From Candidatus Staskawiczbacteria bacterium (lineage in GTDB: Bacteria > Patescibacteriota > Minisyncoccia > Minisyncoccales > Staskawiczbacteraceae): a stretch of DNA of 64,000 bases. Location: the NCBI GenBank assembly GCA_903835075.1, contig CAILLM010000004.1, forward strand, positions 144,532-208,531, given 5' to 3'. The translations under genes and the position numbers were made by a program. Positions 45,093 to 55,723 of the stretch are shown here, one piece after another. Position 1 is the first letter of the stretch. Each line of letters begins with the position of its first letter. The notes below the pieces were generated by a model, which saw nothing but the letters and a program-made list of their open reading frames with translations, was not told the DNA's origin and did not search any database.

Positions 45093-46913
45093 ATGTGTGG
45101 AATAATAGCTTATTTTGGTAATACCCCTCGGGGCACAGGTAAAAATGTGGCGCCTATCTTAATAGACGGGTTAAAAAAACTTGAATATAGAGGATATGAC
45201 TCGGCAGGGATTTGTTTGCTTAATAATGGTGAACTCTATTCGGCAAAAGTTAAAGGCAGGGTATCTGAGCTAGAAAAACTTGCATTAGATTTAAAGCAGT
45301 CAAATATTGGGATTGCTCATACAAGATGGGCAACTCATGGCGAACCAAATGAAATTAATGCTCATCCGCATTTTGATTGTAAAAATGAAATTGCAGTGGT
45401 CCATAACGGAATTATTGAAAATTACACAACTTTAAAAGAAATTCTTGAAAAAGAGGGCCATAAGTTTGTTTCTAAAACAGACACTGAAGTTTTAAGCCAT
45501 TTAATAGAAAAATTTTACAACGGCAACCTAGAAGAAGCTGTTATGAAAACATTAGAATTAGTAGTTGGAACTTTTGGGATAGCGGTTTTGCACAAGAATG
45601 AAAATAAAATTGTTGTAGCCAGAAGAGGTTCTCCAATTATTTTAGGGGTTGGTGAAAACGAAAATATTATTGCCTCAGACGCCGTTGCTGTTTTGCCTTA
45701 TACAAAGAAAGTTGTTTATTTAAATGACAATGAAATGGTTATATTAACAGACGGGAAATATGAAATTAGGAATTTTGATGGCCAAGTTTTAGAAAAAGAA
45801 ATTGATGAAATAAAATGGACAGCCAGCCAAATTGAAAAAAAGGGTTATGAACATTTTATGCTAAAAGAAATTTTTGAACAACCAGAAGCAATTGAAAATA
45901 CTTTACGAGGTAGGATAGACGAAGATTTAAATGTAAGGCTAAGTATAGATAAAATAGATTTTAATTTAGTTGAAAGAATTTTAATTGTTGCTTGTGGTAC
46001 AGCTTGGCATTCTGGCTTAGTAGCTAAATATTTGATTGAGAAAATTGCAAAGATTCCTGTTGAGGTTGATTATGGATCAGAATTTAGATATAGAGATCCA
46101 ATTGTTAGTAAAAAAGACTTGCTAGTAGTTATTTCTCAGTCTGGAGAGACAGCTGATTCATTAGCTGCGCTTAGAGAGGCGAAAAATAAAGGGGCTCAAA
46201 CTTTGGGGATAATAAATGTAGTTGGCTCTACTGTTTCTAGAGAAGTCGATGCAGGCATATATTTGCATGCGGGACCTGAAATTGGGGTTGCCTCAACAAA
46301 AGCTTTCACCTGTATGTTAACTGCTGTTACATTGTTGTCTTTGTTTTTAGCACAGCATAAAAAAATTATAATTGAAAAAGAATTTTTTAATGATATAAAA
46401 TTATTGCCAGGTAAAGTTGATGAAGTTTTGAAACAGTCGGAAAAAATATTAGAAATTGCTGAAAAATTTAAAGACACGAAAAACTTTTTCTTCTTGGGTA
46501 GGGGTTTGAGTTTTCCAATTGCTCTAGAAGGGGCTTTAAAGGTCAAAGAAACTTCTTACATCCACGCAGAAGGATATCCAGCAGGTGAGATGAAGCACGG
46601 ACATATTGCTTTAATAGATGATGAATTAATCTCAGTTTTTATTGCAACAAAAGATCATACCTATACTAAAATATTGAGTAATATGGAGGAGGTTCATGCT
46701 AGGGGCGGAAAAGTAATAGCTGTAGTAAATGGGGATGACAACGCAGTACTCAATTTAACAAAAGACATCATAAGAGTGCCCGAATGTAGAGAAGAATTGA
46801 TGCCAATTATAAATACTGTGGCACTCCAATTATTGGCTTATTACATTGCTAACTTTAAAGGAATTGACGTTGATAAACCAAAAAATCTTGCTAAATCAGT
46901 AACTGTAGAATAA
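45093..46913 (+). CDS. glmS: glutamine-fructose-6-phosphate aminotransferase
   Basis: N-terminal MCGII, two SIS domains, C-terminal KSVTVE. Confidence 0.95.
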   Translation: MCGIIAYFGNTPRGTGKNVAPILIDGLKKLEYRGYDSAGICLLNNGELYSAKVKGRVSELEKLALDLKQSNIGIAHTRWATHGEPNEINAHPHFDCKNEIAVVHNGIIENYTTLKEILEKEGHKFVSKTDTEVLSHLIEKFYNGNLEEAVMKTLELVVGTFGIAVLHKNENKIVVARRGSPIILGVGENENIIASDAVAVLPYTKKVVYLNDNEMVILTDGKYEIRNFDGQVLEKEIDEIKWTASQIEKKGYEHFMLKEIFEQPEAIENTLRGRIDEDLNVRLSIDKIDFNLVERILIVACGTAWHSGLVAKYLIEKIAKIPVEVDYGSEFRYRDPIVSKKDLLVVISQSGETADSLAALREAKNKGAQTLGIINVVGSTVSREVDAGIYLHAGPEIGVASTKAFTCMLTAVTLLSLFLAQHKKIIIEKEFFNDIKLLPGKVDEVLKQSEKILEIAEKFKDTKNFFFLGRGLSFPIALEGALKVKETSYIHAEGYPAGEMKHGHIALIDDELISVFIATKDHTYTKILSNMEEVHARGGKVIAVVNGDDNAVLNLTKDIIRVPECREELMPIINTVALQLLAYYIANFKGIDVDKPKNLAKSVTVE

Positions 46914-46923
46914 ATAGTAATTT

Positions 46924-46947
46924 AAAAGCCCCTTCCGGGGCTTTTTG
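46924..46947 (+). terminator. intrinsic terminator
   Basis: AAAAGCCCCttccGGGGCTTTTTG. Confidence 0.8.
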
Positions 46948-47055
46948 TTTTATCTGATATCTTCTTTACGCTCCTTTACACCCTTCTATATATTTTTAAA
47001 TGAGGGGTGCGAGATGTGGGTTTTATTAGAATGTGTTATTTTCGGACACTGTCAA

Positions 47056-48690
47056 CTATCTTATGTCCTCCTTACGTTCCTTTATAAAATAGCGCCATTT
47101 TTCTATAAATTCTACAAAAGCTGAAAATGGCATGTCTATTAAAGCGTTGAAAAAAGAGGTAATAAAATTATATCTTTTCCATTTGTTGGAAAGCCATCTG
47201 CCCAAGCCCTGTATGGGTAAAAAGAAGATGTCGGAAATAAAGCTAAAAAAGCTTTCTTTGTCTTCTTCCATGGTAAGTTCTTGCGCTCTTTTGGCTACAG
47301 CTGTGCCGGCAAAAAGAATTAAGGCAATAAATATTATATCTATGGCAATAGAAGGTATGGGGAATCCAAAATAATGTAAAATCCATGATATTGCTCCAAA
47401 AGTTACAAAAGCTGATAAAACATATACCATAGATAAAACAACCTTTATTGTGAGCCCCTTTTTTCTACTCATTTTTATTTCATAAATATCAGGGACTTCT
47501 TTTTTGTAGGCTATTTTCATGACCTCCATTGTGACAATGTTTAAATTTTTCTTAGAAGGTTTTTTAACATTTGCCACAATTAAAAACATTAGAAGAGTAG
47601 GAATCAGCACATCAGCTCCCAGCACAGCCATATCAACCTTACTTCCAATGGCCTTTTCAATTAAAACCTCTAACAAAACTAAAGACAAAACCTTTGTTAT
47701 AAAAATTGAAATTGTAGAATAAACAGCTGCCCTAGAAATTCTTGATTTTAGGGTGGATAATCTTTTTAAGTAAGCTTTTTTTATAAAATTTTCTAAAATA
47801 GAAGGTTCAGCAATTTCTTTTTCAATACTTGCAGTGTTAAGAGATTCTTCCATTTCTGATAAAATATCTCCCATTAATAAATATGGTGTGTCATATTTTT
47901 CGCATATTGCATGAAATTTGTTTGCCATGGGGTTTGTTAGATTTCTTTCTGTTTCACGCCAAATTTTAAATGCATTTTGGGATATTTTTGATATCAATTG
48001 CTCGTCGGCTCTTTGCCAACCAGGGTATTTGTATCTTAATAAGTTGTATACAATCATTGGTTTGTCTAACTTAAAAAGTGTTAAACAAACAGCAACGTAA
48101 ATTTGAGTGCCTACGTCTTCTTTCTGCAATAAACCAGACTCAAAGACCTTTTCAGAGACTTTGATTTTTTCTTTCATGTAGGCAAACATATAATCAATCA
48201 AGGCCATTTCTTTTATTGATGGCGATAAAGTCTCTTCTATTTCGCAAGCAGTTATTTCAATCAACCAGTTGTAAAAATTAATCCCTGTTTTCCCTTCTTT
48301 GTTTTCGGGATTATTTTTTAATATAAAAACATATTTATCAATAATTCTTTGAACATCATTGATTTTTGTTTCTTCAATTTTGTCATTTGAAAACAAGCCA
48401 CCCCTGATCAGCTCTAAAACCAAAGACTCTGCAGCATCTTGTGTTTCTGAAAAATTATTTAATTCTAAATCAAAAAATTTTCTTTTTAGTTTTCTGATAA
48501 TTGCCGCCCTGCGCATTAAATGCTCTTCTTTCCAATCAACAATTGTTCTTATGTGCTCATAAAATTCAGCTACTTTTTTAGCAACCTCGTCAACGTGGAT
48601 TGTTGCCACGCCATCTTTTGATAGGCCCTGTTTTTTTGCTAGACTATATTGGAAAATTAATTTCTTTGTTTTATCAGAAAGTTCATTCAT
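47056..48690 (-). CDS. large membrane protein of unknown function (soluble N-terminal ~320 aa plus C-terminal TM bundle)
   Basis: 544-aa ORF with several hydrophobic helices in the C-terminal 220 aa; no catalytic motif recognised. Confidence 0.55.
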   Translation of the reverse strand: MNELSDKTKKLIFQYSLAKKQGLSKDGVATIHVDEVAKKVAEFYEHIRTIVDWKEEHLMRRAAIIRKLKRKFFDLELNNFSETQDAAESLVLELIRGGLFSNDKIEETKINDVQRIIDKYVFILKNNPENKEGKTGINFYNWLIEITACEIEETLSPSIKEMALIDYMFAYMKEKIKVSEKVFESGLLQKEDVGTQIYVAVCLTLFKLDKPMIVYNLLRYKYPGWQRADEQLISKISQNAFKIWRETERNLTNPMANKFHAICEKYDTPYLLMGDILSEMEESLNTASIEKEIAEPSILENFIKKAYLKRLSTLKSRISRAAVYSTISIFITKVLSLVLLEVLIEKAIGSKVDMAVLGADVLIPTLLMFLIVANVKKPSKKNLNIVTMEVMKIAYKKEVPDIYEIKMSRKKGLTIKVVLSMVYVLSAFVTFGAISWILHYFGFPIPSIAIDIIFIALILFAGTAVAKRAQELTMEEDKESFFSFISDIFFLPIQGLGRWLSNKWKRYNFITSFFNALIDMPFSAFVEFIEKWRYFIKERKEDIR

Positions 48691-48701
48691 AATTTTAAAA
48701 A

Positions 48702-50429
48702 TTATTTTTTATTAATAATTTTTTCTTTAACTTCATCAATTAATTTCGCTAAATTAATTTGTCCTTTGTCACCTTGTCCACGCTCTCTGACGCTAACAGT
48801 CAAGGCTTCAATTTCTTTGTCTCCAATAACCAACAAGTATGGAATTTTTTGCATTTCAGCACTTCTGATTTTTTTGCCCAAAGTTTCGTTTTCATCTCTT
48901 AATTCAGCGCGAATATTATTTTCTTTAAGTTGGTGCACGATTTTTTTTGCATATTCAAATTGTTTTTCTCCAATTGGTATCACCGAAACCTGAATTGGTG
49001 ACAACCAAACAGGGAACGCTCCGGCATAGTGTTCTATCATCACGCCAATAAATCTTTCCAAAGAACCTGATACCGCGCGATGAATTACGACCGGTCTTTC
49101 ATTTTCTCCTTTTTCGTTTACAAACGACAAGTCAAATCTTTCCGGTAGATTAAAATCACATTGTATTGTTGCTAATTGCCATTCTCTTCCAATTGCGTCT
49201 TTAAACATAAAGTCTAATTTGGGCCCATAAAATGCAGCCTCGCCCTCAACTCTTTTGTAATTTAAATGGTTTTCTTTTGCTGCATTGTCTAAAGCTAGCT
49301 CTGCTTTTTTCCAGACTTCATCTTTGCCAAGATACAAGCTTTTATCTTTGCCTCTTACGGAAAGTCTTACCCAATATCCGTCCATCATGCCCATGGTTGT
49401 GTAAAATTCTTTGATAATACCCACAATTGTGCTTACTTCTTGACCGATTTGCGAAACTCTGCAAAACAAGTGTCCGTCATCTTGAGTAATTGCCCTAACT
49501 CTTGTCAGTCCAGATAACTGCCCGGCTTTTTCATATCGGTAAACCGTAGCTGGCTCAAAATATCGAACAGGCATGTCTCTGTATGAAAACTGGTTATCAC
49601 AGAAAAGTTGCATGTGGTGAGGGCAATTCATTGGTTTCATAAAAAAATCTTCTGTCCCACCTTTTACTTTAAAAATTTCTTCGCCAAATTTTGTTGCGTG
49701 ACCGGAAGTTTCATATAAGCCCTTTTTAGTAATATGAGGAGTCCAAACTCGGTCATATCCTTTATCTTTGTGTAATTGCCACAAATAATCTTCTATTTCT
49801 TTTCGAAGAACCATCCCTTTTGGCTGTAGCATTGGAAGGCCAGCGCCAACTAAATCTGAAATGGTAAACAATTTTAATTCTTTTCCAAGTTTTCTGTGGT
49901 CTCTTTTTTCAGCTTCTGCTAACATTGCTAAATAATCTTGTAATCCTTTTTCAGTTTCAAAAGCCAAGCCATAAATTCTGGTTAGCATTTTATTTTTTTC
50001 ATCGCCCTTCCAATATGCTCCAGCAATTTTAGCTAATTTAAAAGAATTTGGAGTAATTTCTTTAGTAGATTTTATGTGAGGCCCCCTGCATAAATCAACA
50101 AACTCGCCACTTGTGTATGTGGACACTGTGTCTCCAGGCAGTTCTTTTATGAGTTCTAATTTGTACGGCTGAATTGCGAACAGTTTCTTAGCTGTTCTTT
50201 TATTTATATTCTTTTTTTCAAATTTTATTTTTTGAGCAATTAATTCCTTCATTCGTTTTTCAATTTTTTCTAAATCAGTTTCTTCTAAAGGTTTTTGTAG
50301 TTGAAAATCATAATAAAAGCCGTTTTCAATTGCAGGCCCCATGCCCAGTTTTGTTTTTGGCCACAACTCCAAAACAACTGAAGCCATTATATGTGCCAAT
50401 GAATGTCTAATTTTGTCTACGTTTTCCAT
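48702..50429 (-). CDS. thrS: threonine-tRNA ligase lacking the N-terminal TGS domain
   Basis: Starts at the second additional domain (IRHSLAHIMA); class II core ...FMKPMNCPHH..., HRAVSGSLERF; anticodon-binding tail. Confidence 0.9.
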   Translation of the reverse strand: MENVDKIRHSLAHIMASVVLELWPKTKLGMGPAIENGFYYDFQLQKPLEETDLEKIEKRMKELIAQKIKFEKKNINKRTAKKLFAIQPYKLELIKELPGDTVSTYTSGEFVDLCRGPHIKSTKEITPNSFKLAKIAGAYWKGDEKNKMLTRIYGLAFETEKGLQDYLAMLAEAEKRDHRKLGKELKLFTISDLVGAGLPMLQPKGMVLRKEIEDYLWQLHKDKGYDRVWTPHITKKGLYETSGHATKFGEEIFKVKGGTEDFFMKPMNCPHHMQLFCDNQFSYRDMPVRYFEPATVYRYEKAGQLSGLTRVRAITQDDGHLFCRVSQIGQEVSTIVGIIKEFYTTMGMMDGYWVRLSVRGKDKSLYLGKDEVWKKAELALDNAAKENHLNYKRVEGEAAFYGPKLDFMFKDAIGREWQLATIQCDFNLPERFDLSFVNEKGENERPVVIHRAVSGSLERFIGVMIEHYAGAFPVWLSPIQVSVIPIGEKQFEYAKKIVHQLKENNIRAELRDENETLGKKIRSAEMQKIPYLLVIGDKEIEALTVSVRERGQGDKGQINLAKLIDEVKEKIINKK

Positions 50430-50459
50430 AATAATATTTTTTACTTTTTATAATTTAAT

Positions 50460-53400
50460 TTAAGATTCGCGGTTAACTAAAATTTCTTGGACGTCGTCGG
50501 CAACTATTTTTATTTCGCCGTTTCGGTCATCAACTCGGCCGGCCACAAAAACAATTTTATTTTCTTGCAAGGCGTTGGGGTTTCTTTCAAGTAAATTTGG
50601 AAAAATAACAACCTCTGTTTTTCCTGTTAAATCTTCAAGTTTCATAAACAACATTGGTTGGCCTTTTTTTGTAATAATTTTTTTCACGTTAGAAATTAAT
50701 CCGCCAACAACTAATTTTTTGTCCACAAAAGTTTCGTCAATTTTTGCAATGGGAGTTGTGCGCGTAGCAAAAAGTTTTTTGAATTCATTTAAAGGGTGCG
50801 AGCTAACATAAAGTCCAAGCAGTTCTTTTTCCCAGCCAAGTTTTTCAAAATTGCTGGCTGGCTTAGCAGGTTCAAGCTTTATTTCATTATTACTTATTTT
50901 CACGCTGGCGAAAAGACCCATTTGGTTACTATTGCCATTTTTATTATTTTCACGAGCAATTTCAAGCATTCTTTCAAGGTTGCTTAAAAGTTGATTTCTT
51001 TCTGCAAACTCATCAAAAGACCCAGACTTAATTAAAGCCTCCATAGACTTTTTATTTAAATCTTTTGATTTTACACGGTAAATAAAGTCACCAATTGAGG
51101 AAAACTTTCCATTATTTTTTCTTTCTTCAACAATTGCATCAATAATGTTTATGCCAACGTTTTTTATTGCCAACATGCCAAATCGAATTTGGCTCTTTCC
51201 ATCAACAACTGTAAAGTTTTTCAAACTTTCATTTATATTTGGAGCTAAAACTTCCACTTCCATTTTTTTGCATTCGTCAATCAAAAAAGAAATTCTATCA
51301 ACATCATTTCTTTCAGAAGTTAAAACTGAAGCCATAAACTCAACAGGATAGTGAGCTTTTAAGTATGCTGTTTGATAAGCAATTGTGGCGTAGGCTGCTG
51401 AGTGAGACTTGTTGAAACCATAAGAAGCAAAAGGCAAAACCCATTGCCATAATTGTTTGGCAATTTTATTTGAAACTCCATTTTTTATAGCTCCACTAAT
51501 AAACTTTGCTTCTTGAGCATCAAGCAAATCTTTAATTTTTTTACCAACAGCTTTTCTTAAAACATCGGCCTCGCCCAAAGTAAAGCCAGAAATTTCTTGA
51601 GCAATTTTCATTAACTGCTCTTGGTAAATACAAATGCCATATGTGTCTTTAAGAATTGGTTCTAGCTTTGGGTGCAAATATTCAATTTTTTGTTTTCCAA
51701 ATTTTCTTTCAATGTAGTCTGGGATAAATTGCATAGGGCCCGGACGGTACAAAGCAACCATAGCGGTGATATCATTAAATGTGTTTGGTTTTAATTCTTT
51801 TAGATATCTTTTCATTCCATCAGATTCTAATTGGAAAACAGAAGTTGTCAGGGCATCACGTAAAAGTTGAAAAGTTTTGTCGTCGTCATATGGAATTTTA
51901 TCTAAATCAATGGAAAGTTTATCGTGTATAACATAAATACGGGCTAAAGTATCTTCTATTATAGTGAGGTTTTTTAAGCCCAAAAAGTCCATTTTCAAAA
52001 GTCCTAAATCTTCAATGCTGTGGCCTTCAAATTGGGTAATAACTCCAACATCGCTATCTTTTGGCCTTTGCAATGGCACAGAGTCAGTTAAAGGATCAGC
52101 TGAAATCACAACCCCGCAAGCGTGAGTTGAAGCGTGGCGTGCAACGCCTTCAAGTTTTTTACCCAAATTAATAAGTCTGGTGGCCAGTGGGTCAGTTTCA
52201 TATTTTTCTCTAAATTCATCAACTTTTTCCAATGTTTCATTTAAGTCCATTCCCATAGGAACCATTTTTGCCATTTGGTCGCAGTACGAATAGGTATATT
52301 GCAAAGACCGTCCCACATCACGAATAACAGCCCTGGCGGCCATTGTTCCAAAAGTTATAATTTGGGCAACGTGGTCAGCTCCATATTTTTCAGCAACATA
52401 TTTTATAACTTCATCTCTTCTTCTGTCGGCAAAATCCATATCAATATCGGGCATAGAAATTCTTTCGGGGTTTAGGAATCTTTCAAATAGTAAATCGTGT
52501 TTTATTGGGTCAACGTTTGTAATTCCGGTTAAATAAGCAATAATAGACCCACCTGCAGAGCCCCTGCCTGGGCCCACAACAATTCTGTTTTGTTTTGCCC
52601 AATTCACAAAATCTTGAACAATTAAAAAATATCCTGCAAAACCAGTTTTTGCTACAACCGAAATTTCATATTTTAGTCTTTCGGCAACCTTTTCATCTGG
52701 GGCTTCTCCGTAACGGGTTGGTATCCCTTGCCAACAAAGTTCTTCTAAAAATTGTTCAGCTGTTTTGCCTTCTGGTAATGGAAAAGTAGGAAGTTTGGTT
52801 TTTCCAAGTTCAATTTCTAAATTGCACATTTGTGCAATTTTCTGAGTGTTTGTAATTGCCTCGGGGACATCTTTAAAGTATTCTGCCATTTCTTCTGGGG
52901 GAATCATTGAAAAATTATCTTTAGTCATAGATAATCTTTCTGGGTCGTTTATGTCGGCTCCCGTATTTATCAACATTAAAATGTCTTGAGCTTCGGCGTC
53001 ATCTTTTCTTAAATAGTGAATGTCATTTGTTGCTACCAACGGTATGCCAGTTTTTTTTGAAAGTTCAATTAACCTTTTGTTTGCGGTAATTTGTTCGGGA
53101 ATATTAGCATGATGTTGAAGTTCTAAATAAAAGTTTCCTTTGCCAAAAAACTTTTCATACTTTAATGCAGTTTCTTCAGCTTCGTCTAATTTATTTGCTA
53201 AAAGCAATCTTGGAATTTTTCCTTGTATGCAAGCTGAGAGCCCAATTAAGCCTTCTGCGTATTTCTCTAAAACCTCTTCGTCTATTCTTGGTTTGTAATA
53301 ATACCCCTCAAGATTGGCAATTGTAACAAGTTTTAGTAAGTTTTTATAACCTTCTGCATTTTTAGCTAACAAAATTAAGTGATTTCTTTTAGCGTCAATT

Positions 53401-53642
53401 CCAGATCTTTTATCTGTAAGTTTTTCAAAGGCAGTATAAACTTCGCAACCAATAATTGGCTTTATACCCTTGGATTTTGCTTTTTTGTAAAACTCAATTG
53501 CACCGTACATGACTCCGTGATCTGTAAGAGCAACAGAATCCATGCCCAGTTCTTTAACGCAATCTAAAAGCTCATCTATTTTTGGCAGACCGTCTAAAAG
53601 AGAGTAGTGGGAGTGAACGTGTAAGTGTGTAAATTTTGTCAT
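50460..53642 (-). CDS. dnaE: DNA polymerase III alpha subunit
   Basis: PHP N-terminus FTHLHVHSHYSLLDG, ...PDIDMDF..., FNKSHSAAYA. Confidence 0.95.
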   Translation of the reverse strand: MTKFTHLHVHSHYSLLDGLPKIDELLDCVKELGMDSVALTDHGVMYGAIEFYKKAKSKGIKPIIGCEVYTAFEKLTDKRSGIDAKRNHLILLAKNAEGYKNLLKLVTIANLEGYYYKPRIDEEVLEKYAEGLIGLSACIQGKIPRLLLANKLDEAEETALKYEKFFGKGNFYLELQHHANIPEQITANKRLIELSKKTGIPLVATNDIHYLRKDDAEAQDILMLINTGADINDPERLSMTKDNFSMIPPEEMAEYFKDVPEAITNTQKIAQMCNLEIELGKTKLPTFPLPEGKTAEQFLEELCWQGIPTRYGEAPDEKVAERLKYEISVVAKTGFAGYFLIVQDFVNWAKQNRIVVGPGRGSAGGSIIAYLTGITNVDPIKHDLLFERFLNPERISMPDIDMDFADRRRDEVIKYVAEKYGADHVAQIITFGTMAARAVIRDVGRSLQYTYSYCDQMAKMVPMGMDLNETLEKVDEFREKYETDPLATRLINLGKKLEGVARHASTHACGVVISADPLTDSVPLQRPKDSDVGVITQFEGHSIEDLGLLKMDFLGLKNLTIIEDTLARIYVIHDKLSIDLDKIPYDDDKTFQLLRDALTTSVFQLESDGMKRYLKELKPNTFNDITAMVALYRPGPMQFIPDYIERKFGKQKIEYLHPKLEPILKDTYGICIYQEQLMKIAQEISGFTLGEADVLRKAVGKKIKDLLDAQEAKFISGAIKNGVSNKIAKQLWQWVLPFASYGFNKSHSAAYATIAYQTAYLKAHYPVEFMASVLTSERNDVDRISFLIDECKKMEVEVLAPNINESLKNFTVVDGKSQIRFGMLAIKNVGINIIDAIVEERKNNGKFSSIGDFIYRVKSKDLNKKSMEALIKSGSFDEFAERNQLLSNLERMLEIARENNKNGNSNQMGLFASVKISNNEIKLEPAKPASNFEKLGWEKELLGLYVSSHPLNEFKKLFATRTTPIAKIDETFVDKKLVVGGLISNVKKIITKKGQPMLFMKLEDLTGKTEVVIFPNLLERNPNALQENKIVFVAGRVDDRNGEIKIVADDVQEILVNRES

Positions 53643-53778
53643 AATTAACGTAATATACCATTTTACCTTTTGTGGGTTATTTTACAACTATTGCAAATAT
53701 TTTTATTCGTGGTATATTTCAAATGCTATTTGGGTTGCTTAAAAATGCAAATTGAAAACCAAACGAAAGGACATCTTT

Positions 53779-54003
53779 ATGAGCGTGATTTTGAATGAAA
53801 ATACCGTTAAATCGATTGAAGAGGGAGAAGTCAGTATTTTAATTCCGGTGAATGTCGGCAGATTCAAGGGTATATTTGCTCACAAAACAGACGGCATAAA
53901 AGTCGGTGATGTTATCCTCTATGAGCGTTTCGACGAAGGCGGGAAAAATTTTTCTCCATATGCAATATTCGTTGGCTTTCTCGAGAGAGCAGAATGCGAA
54001 TAA
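53779..54003 (+). CDS. hypothetical 74-aa protein
   Basis: MSVILNENTVKSIEEGEVSIL...; preceded by AAACGAAAGGAcatcttt, a leader of the same style as other cassette genes. Confidence 0.4.
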   Translation: MSVILNENTVKSIEEGEVSILIPVNVGRFKGIFAHKTDGIKVGDVILYERFDEGGKNFSPYAIFVGFLERAECE

Positions 54004-54074
54004 GCTGGCCTTGAATGAAAATTTTGCAGAAGTTTTTTTGCAGTTCTTCACTCAGGGTTCTTTTTTTATACCAG

Positions 54075-54108
54075 CATCATATTTTACGCTACCGCTGAAA
54101 ATATGATG
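54075..54108. repeat. 34-nt hairpin repeat, copy A
   Basis: CATCATATTTTacgctaccgctgAAAATATGATG (11-bp perfect stem). Confidence 0.8.
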
Positions 54109-54177
54109 TAAGTATTTTGTAGCGTATTTGCAATGGAGTGGTATAATTAAATAATAAATAAAATTAAGTTTATTTCT

Positions 54178-54717
54178 ATGAATAAATTTAAAGAAAATGT
54201 ATTATTGCTGATAATGGGTGGGTTAGCTTTTGGATATAGCTATACTCCAACAATGCAGAGTAGGGTGCTGAAAGCGTTTGCCAAAGAATGGAAGAAAATA
54301 AATGGTAAAGATCTTAAAAGGGCGGTAGATTATTTATATAGGTTAAAATATATTGATAAACAAGGTGCGGGGTACGATATTGGTCAGTTGACTATAACCG
54401 AAAGGGGTAGGTTAAAGTCGCTAGATTGCCGTCTTGATAATTTAAAAAGTAAAAAAGATAAGTGGGATGGTAAGTGGCGAATGGTCAGTTTTGATATTCC
54501 AGAAAAATACAAACAAGGAAGGGACGCCCTGCGCAATAAATTGAAAAGTATTGGGTTTAGGGAATTACAGAAAAGCATCTTTATTACACCATATAATTGC
54601 AAAGAAGAGGTGGCACTTTTAGTGGGATTATTTAAATTGGAAAAGTTTGTTCGTTTTGGAATTTTAGAATATATTGATAACGAGGATTATTTTAAAAAAA
54701 TATATAAAATAAGCTAA
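54178..54717 (+). CDS. PaaX-like / Cas2-fold-containing putative transcriptional regulator
   Basis: 179 aa; WDGKWRMVSFDIPEKYKQGRDALRNKLKSIGFRELQKSIFITPYN resembles the PaaX C-terminal pattern. Confidence 0.55.
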   Translation: MNKFKENVLLLIMGGLAFGYSYTPTMQSRVLKAFAKEWKKINGKDLKRAVDYLYRLKYIDKQGAGYDIGQLTITERGRLKSLDCRLDNLKSKKDKWDGKWRMVSFDIPEKYKQGRDALRNKLKSIGFRELQKSIFITPYNCKEEVALLVGLFKLEKFVRFGILEYIDNEDYFKKIYKIS

Positions 54718-54726
54718 AAATACTTG

Positions 54727-54760
54727 CATCATAATTTACGCTATCGCTGAAAATATGATG
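54727..54760. repeat. 34-nt hairpin repeat, copy B
   Basis: CATCATAATTTacgctatcgctgAAAATATGATG; 2 mismatches to copy A; 12 nt upstream of rnhB. Confidence 0.8.
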
Positions 54761-54771
54761 CTGGGGGAATT

Positions 54772-55413
54772 ATGCAAAGTCCGAATTTTAGTGAAGAAAA
54801 AAAGTTATGGAAAAAAGGTTTTAAATGTATTGCAGGGCTAGATGAAGTGGGGCGCGGACCTTTGGCGGGACCAGTGGTGGCTTGTGCTGTTTTTGTGAAG
54901 CCATATGCAAAAATATTAGTAACAGGAATTAATGATTCAAAAAAACTTTCTGAAAAACAGAGAGAAGTTTTATATAAGAACTTAATTAATCACAAAGATA
55001 TAAAGTGGGAAATTGGAATTGTTTCAGAAAAAGTCATTGATAAAATAAATATATTAGAAGCAACAAAACTGGCAATGAAAAAAGCCGTTAAAAACATGAA
55101 CCCCGATTATTTATTGATTGACGGCAATTTCGGGTTAAATATGAATATTTCTGAAAAATATATTGTTAAAGGCGATCAGAAAGTTTTATCAATTTCTATT
55201 GCCAGCATAATTGCTAAGGTGACACGGGATAGAATTATGGAAAAATTTCATAAAAAATATCCTCAGTATGGGTTTAACAAGCATAAAGGTTATGGGACTG
55301 CATTTCATATGGCAATGATTAAGAAGTTTGGGCCGTGTAAAATTCATAGGGCATCTTTTTACCCGGTTTCTCAATTTAGTGGCTTTAGAGGGGCAACTAT
55401 TGCAAGTTTTTAA
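54772..55413 (+). CDS. rnhB: ribonuclease HII
   Basis: AGLDEVGRGPLAGPVV, LIDGN, KGYGT. Confidence 0.9.
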   Translation: MQSPNFSEEKKLWKKGFKCIAGLDEVGRGPLAGPVVACAVFVKPYAKILVTGINDSKKLSEKQREVLYKNLINHKDIKWEIGIVSEKVIDKINILEATKLAMKKAVKNMNPDYLLIDGNFGLNMNISEKYIVKGDQKVLSISIASIIAKVTRDRIMEKFHKKYPQYGFNKHKGYGTAFHMAMIKKFGPCKIHRASFYPVSQFSGFRGATIASF

Positions 55414-55461
55414 TATTTGTTATACAATAAGAAATAATTAAAAATAATTTATTGAAATCAA

Positions 55462-55710
55462 ATGGCAGTACCAAGACATAGTCATACGAGAGGAAAAGTG
55501 GGCAGAAGCAGAATGCACAAATATATAAAGAATGTGCAATTAAATGTTTGCCCAAAATGCAAAAAACCAATTTTGTCCCATACGGTTTGTTTAAATTGTG
55601 GACATTATAAAGGGACAGAAGTTATAAATGTTTTAGGCAAGCTTACAAAGAAAGACAAGAAAGCAAGAGAAAAAGAAATCAAGGACGTTGAGAAATCCGA
55701 TACAAAATAA
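55462..55710 (+). CDS. rpmF: 50S ribosomal protein L32 with a Lys-rich C-terminal tail
   Basis: MAVPRHSHTRGKVGRSR, CPKC...CLNCG. Confidence 0.9.
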   Translation: MAVPRHSHTRGKVGRSRMHKYIKNVQLNVCPKCKKPILSHTVCLNCGHYKGTEVINVLGKLTKKDKKAREKEIKDVEKSDTK

Positions 55711-55723
55711 ATAAATTTAAATT

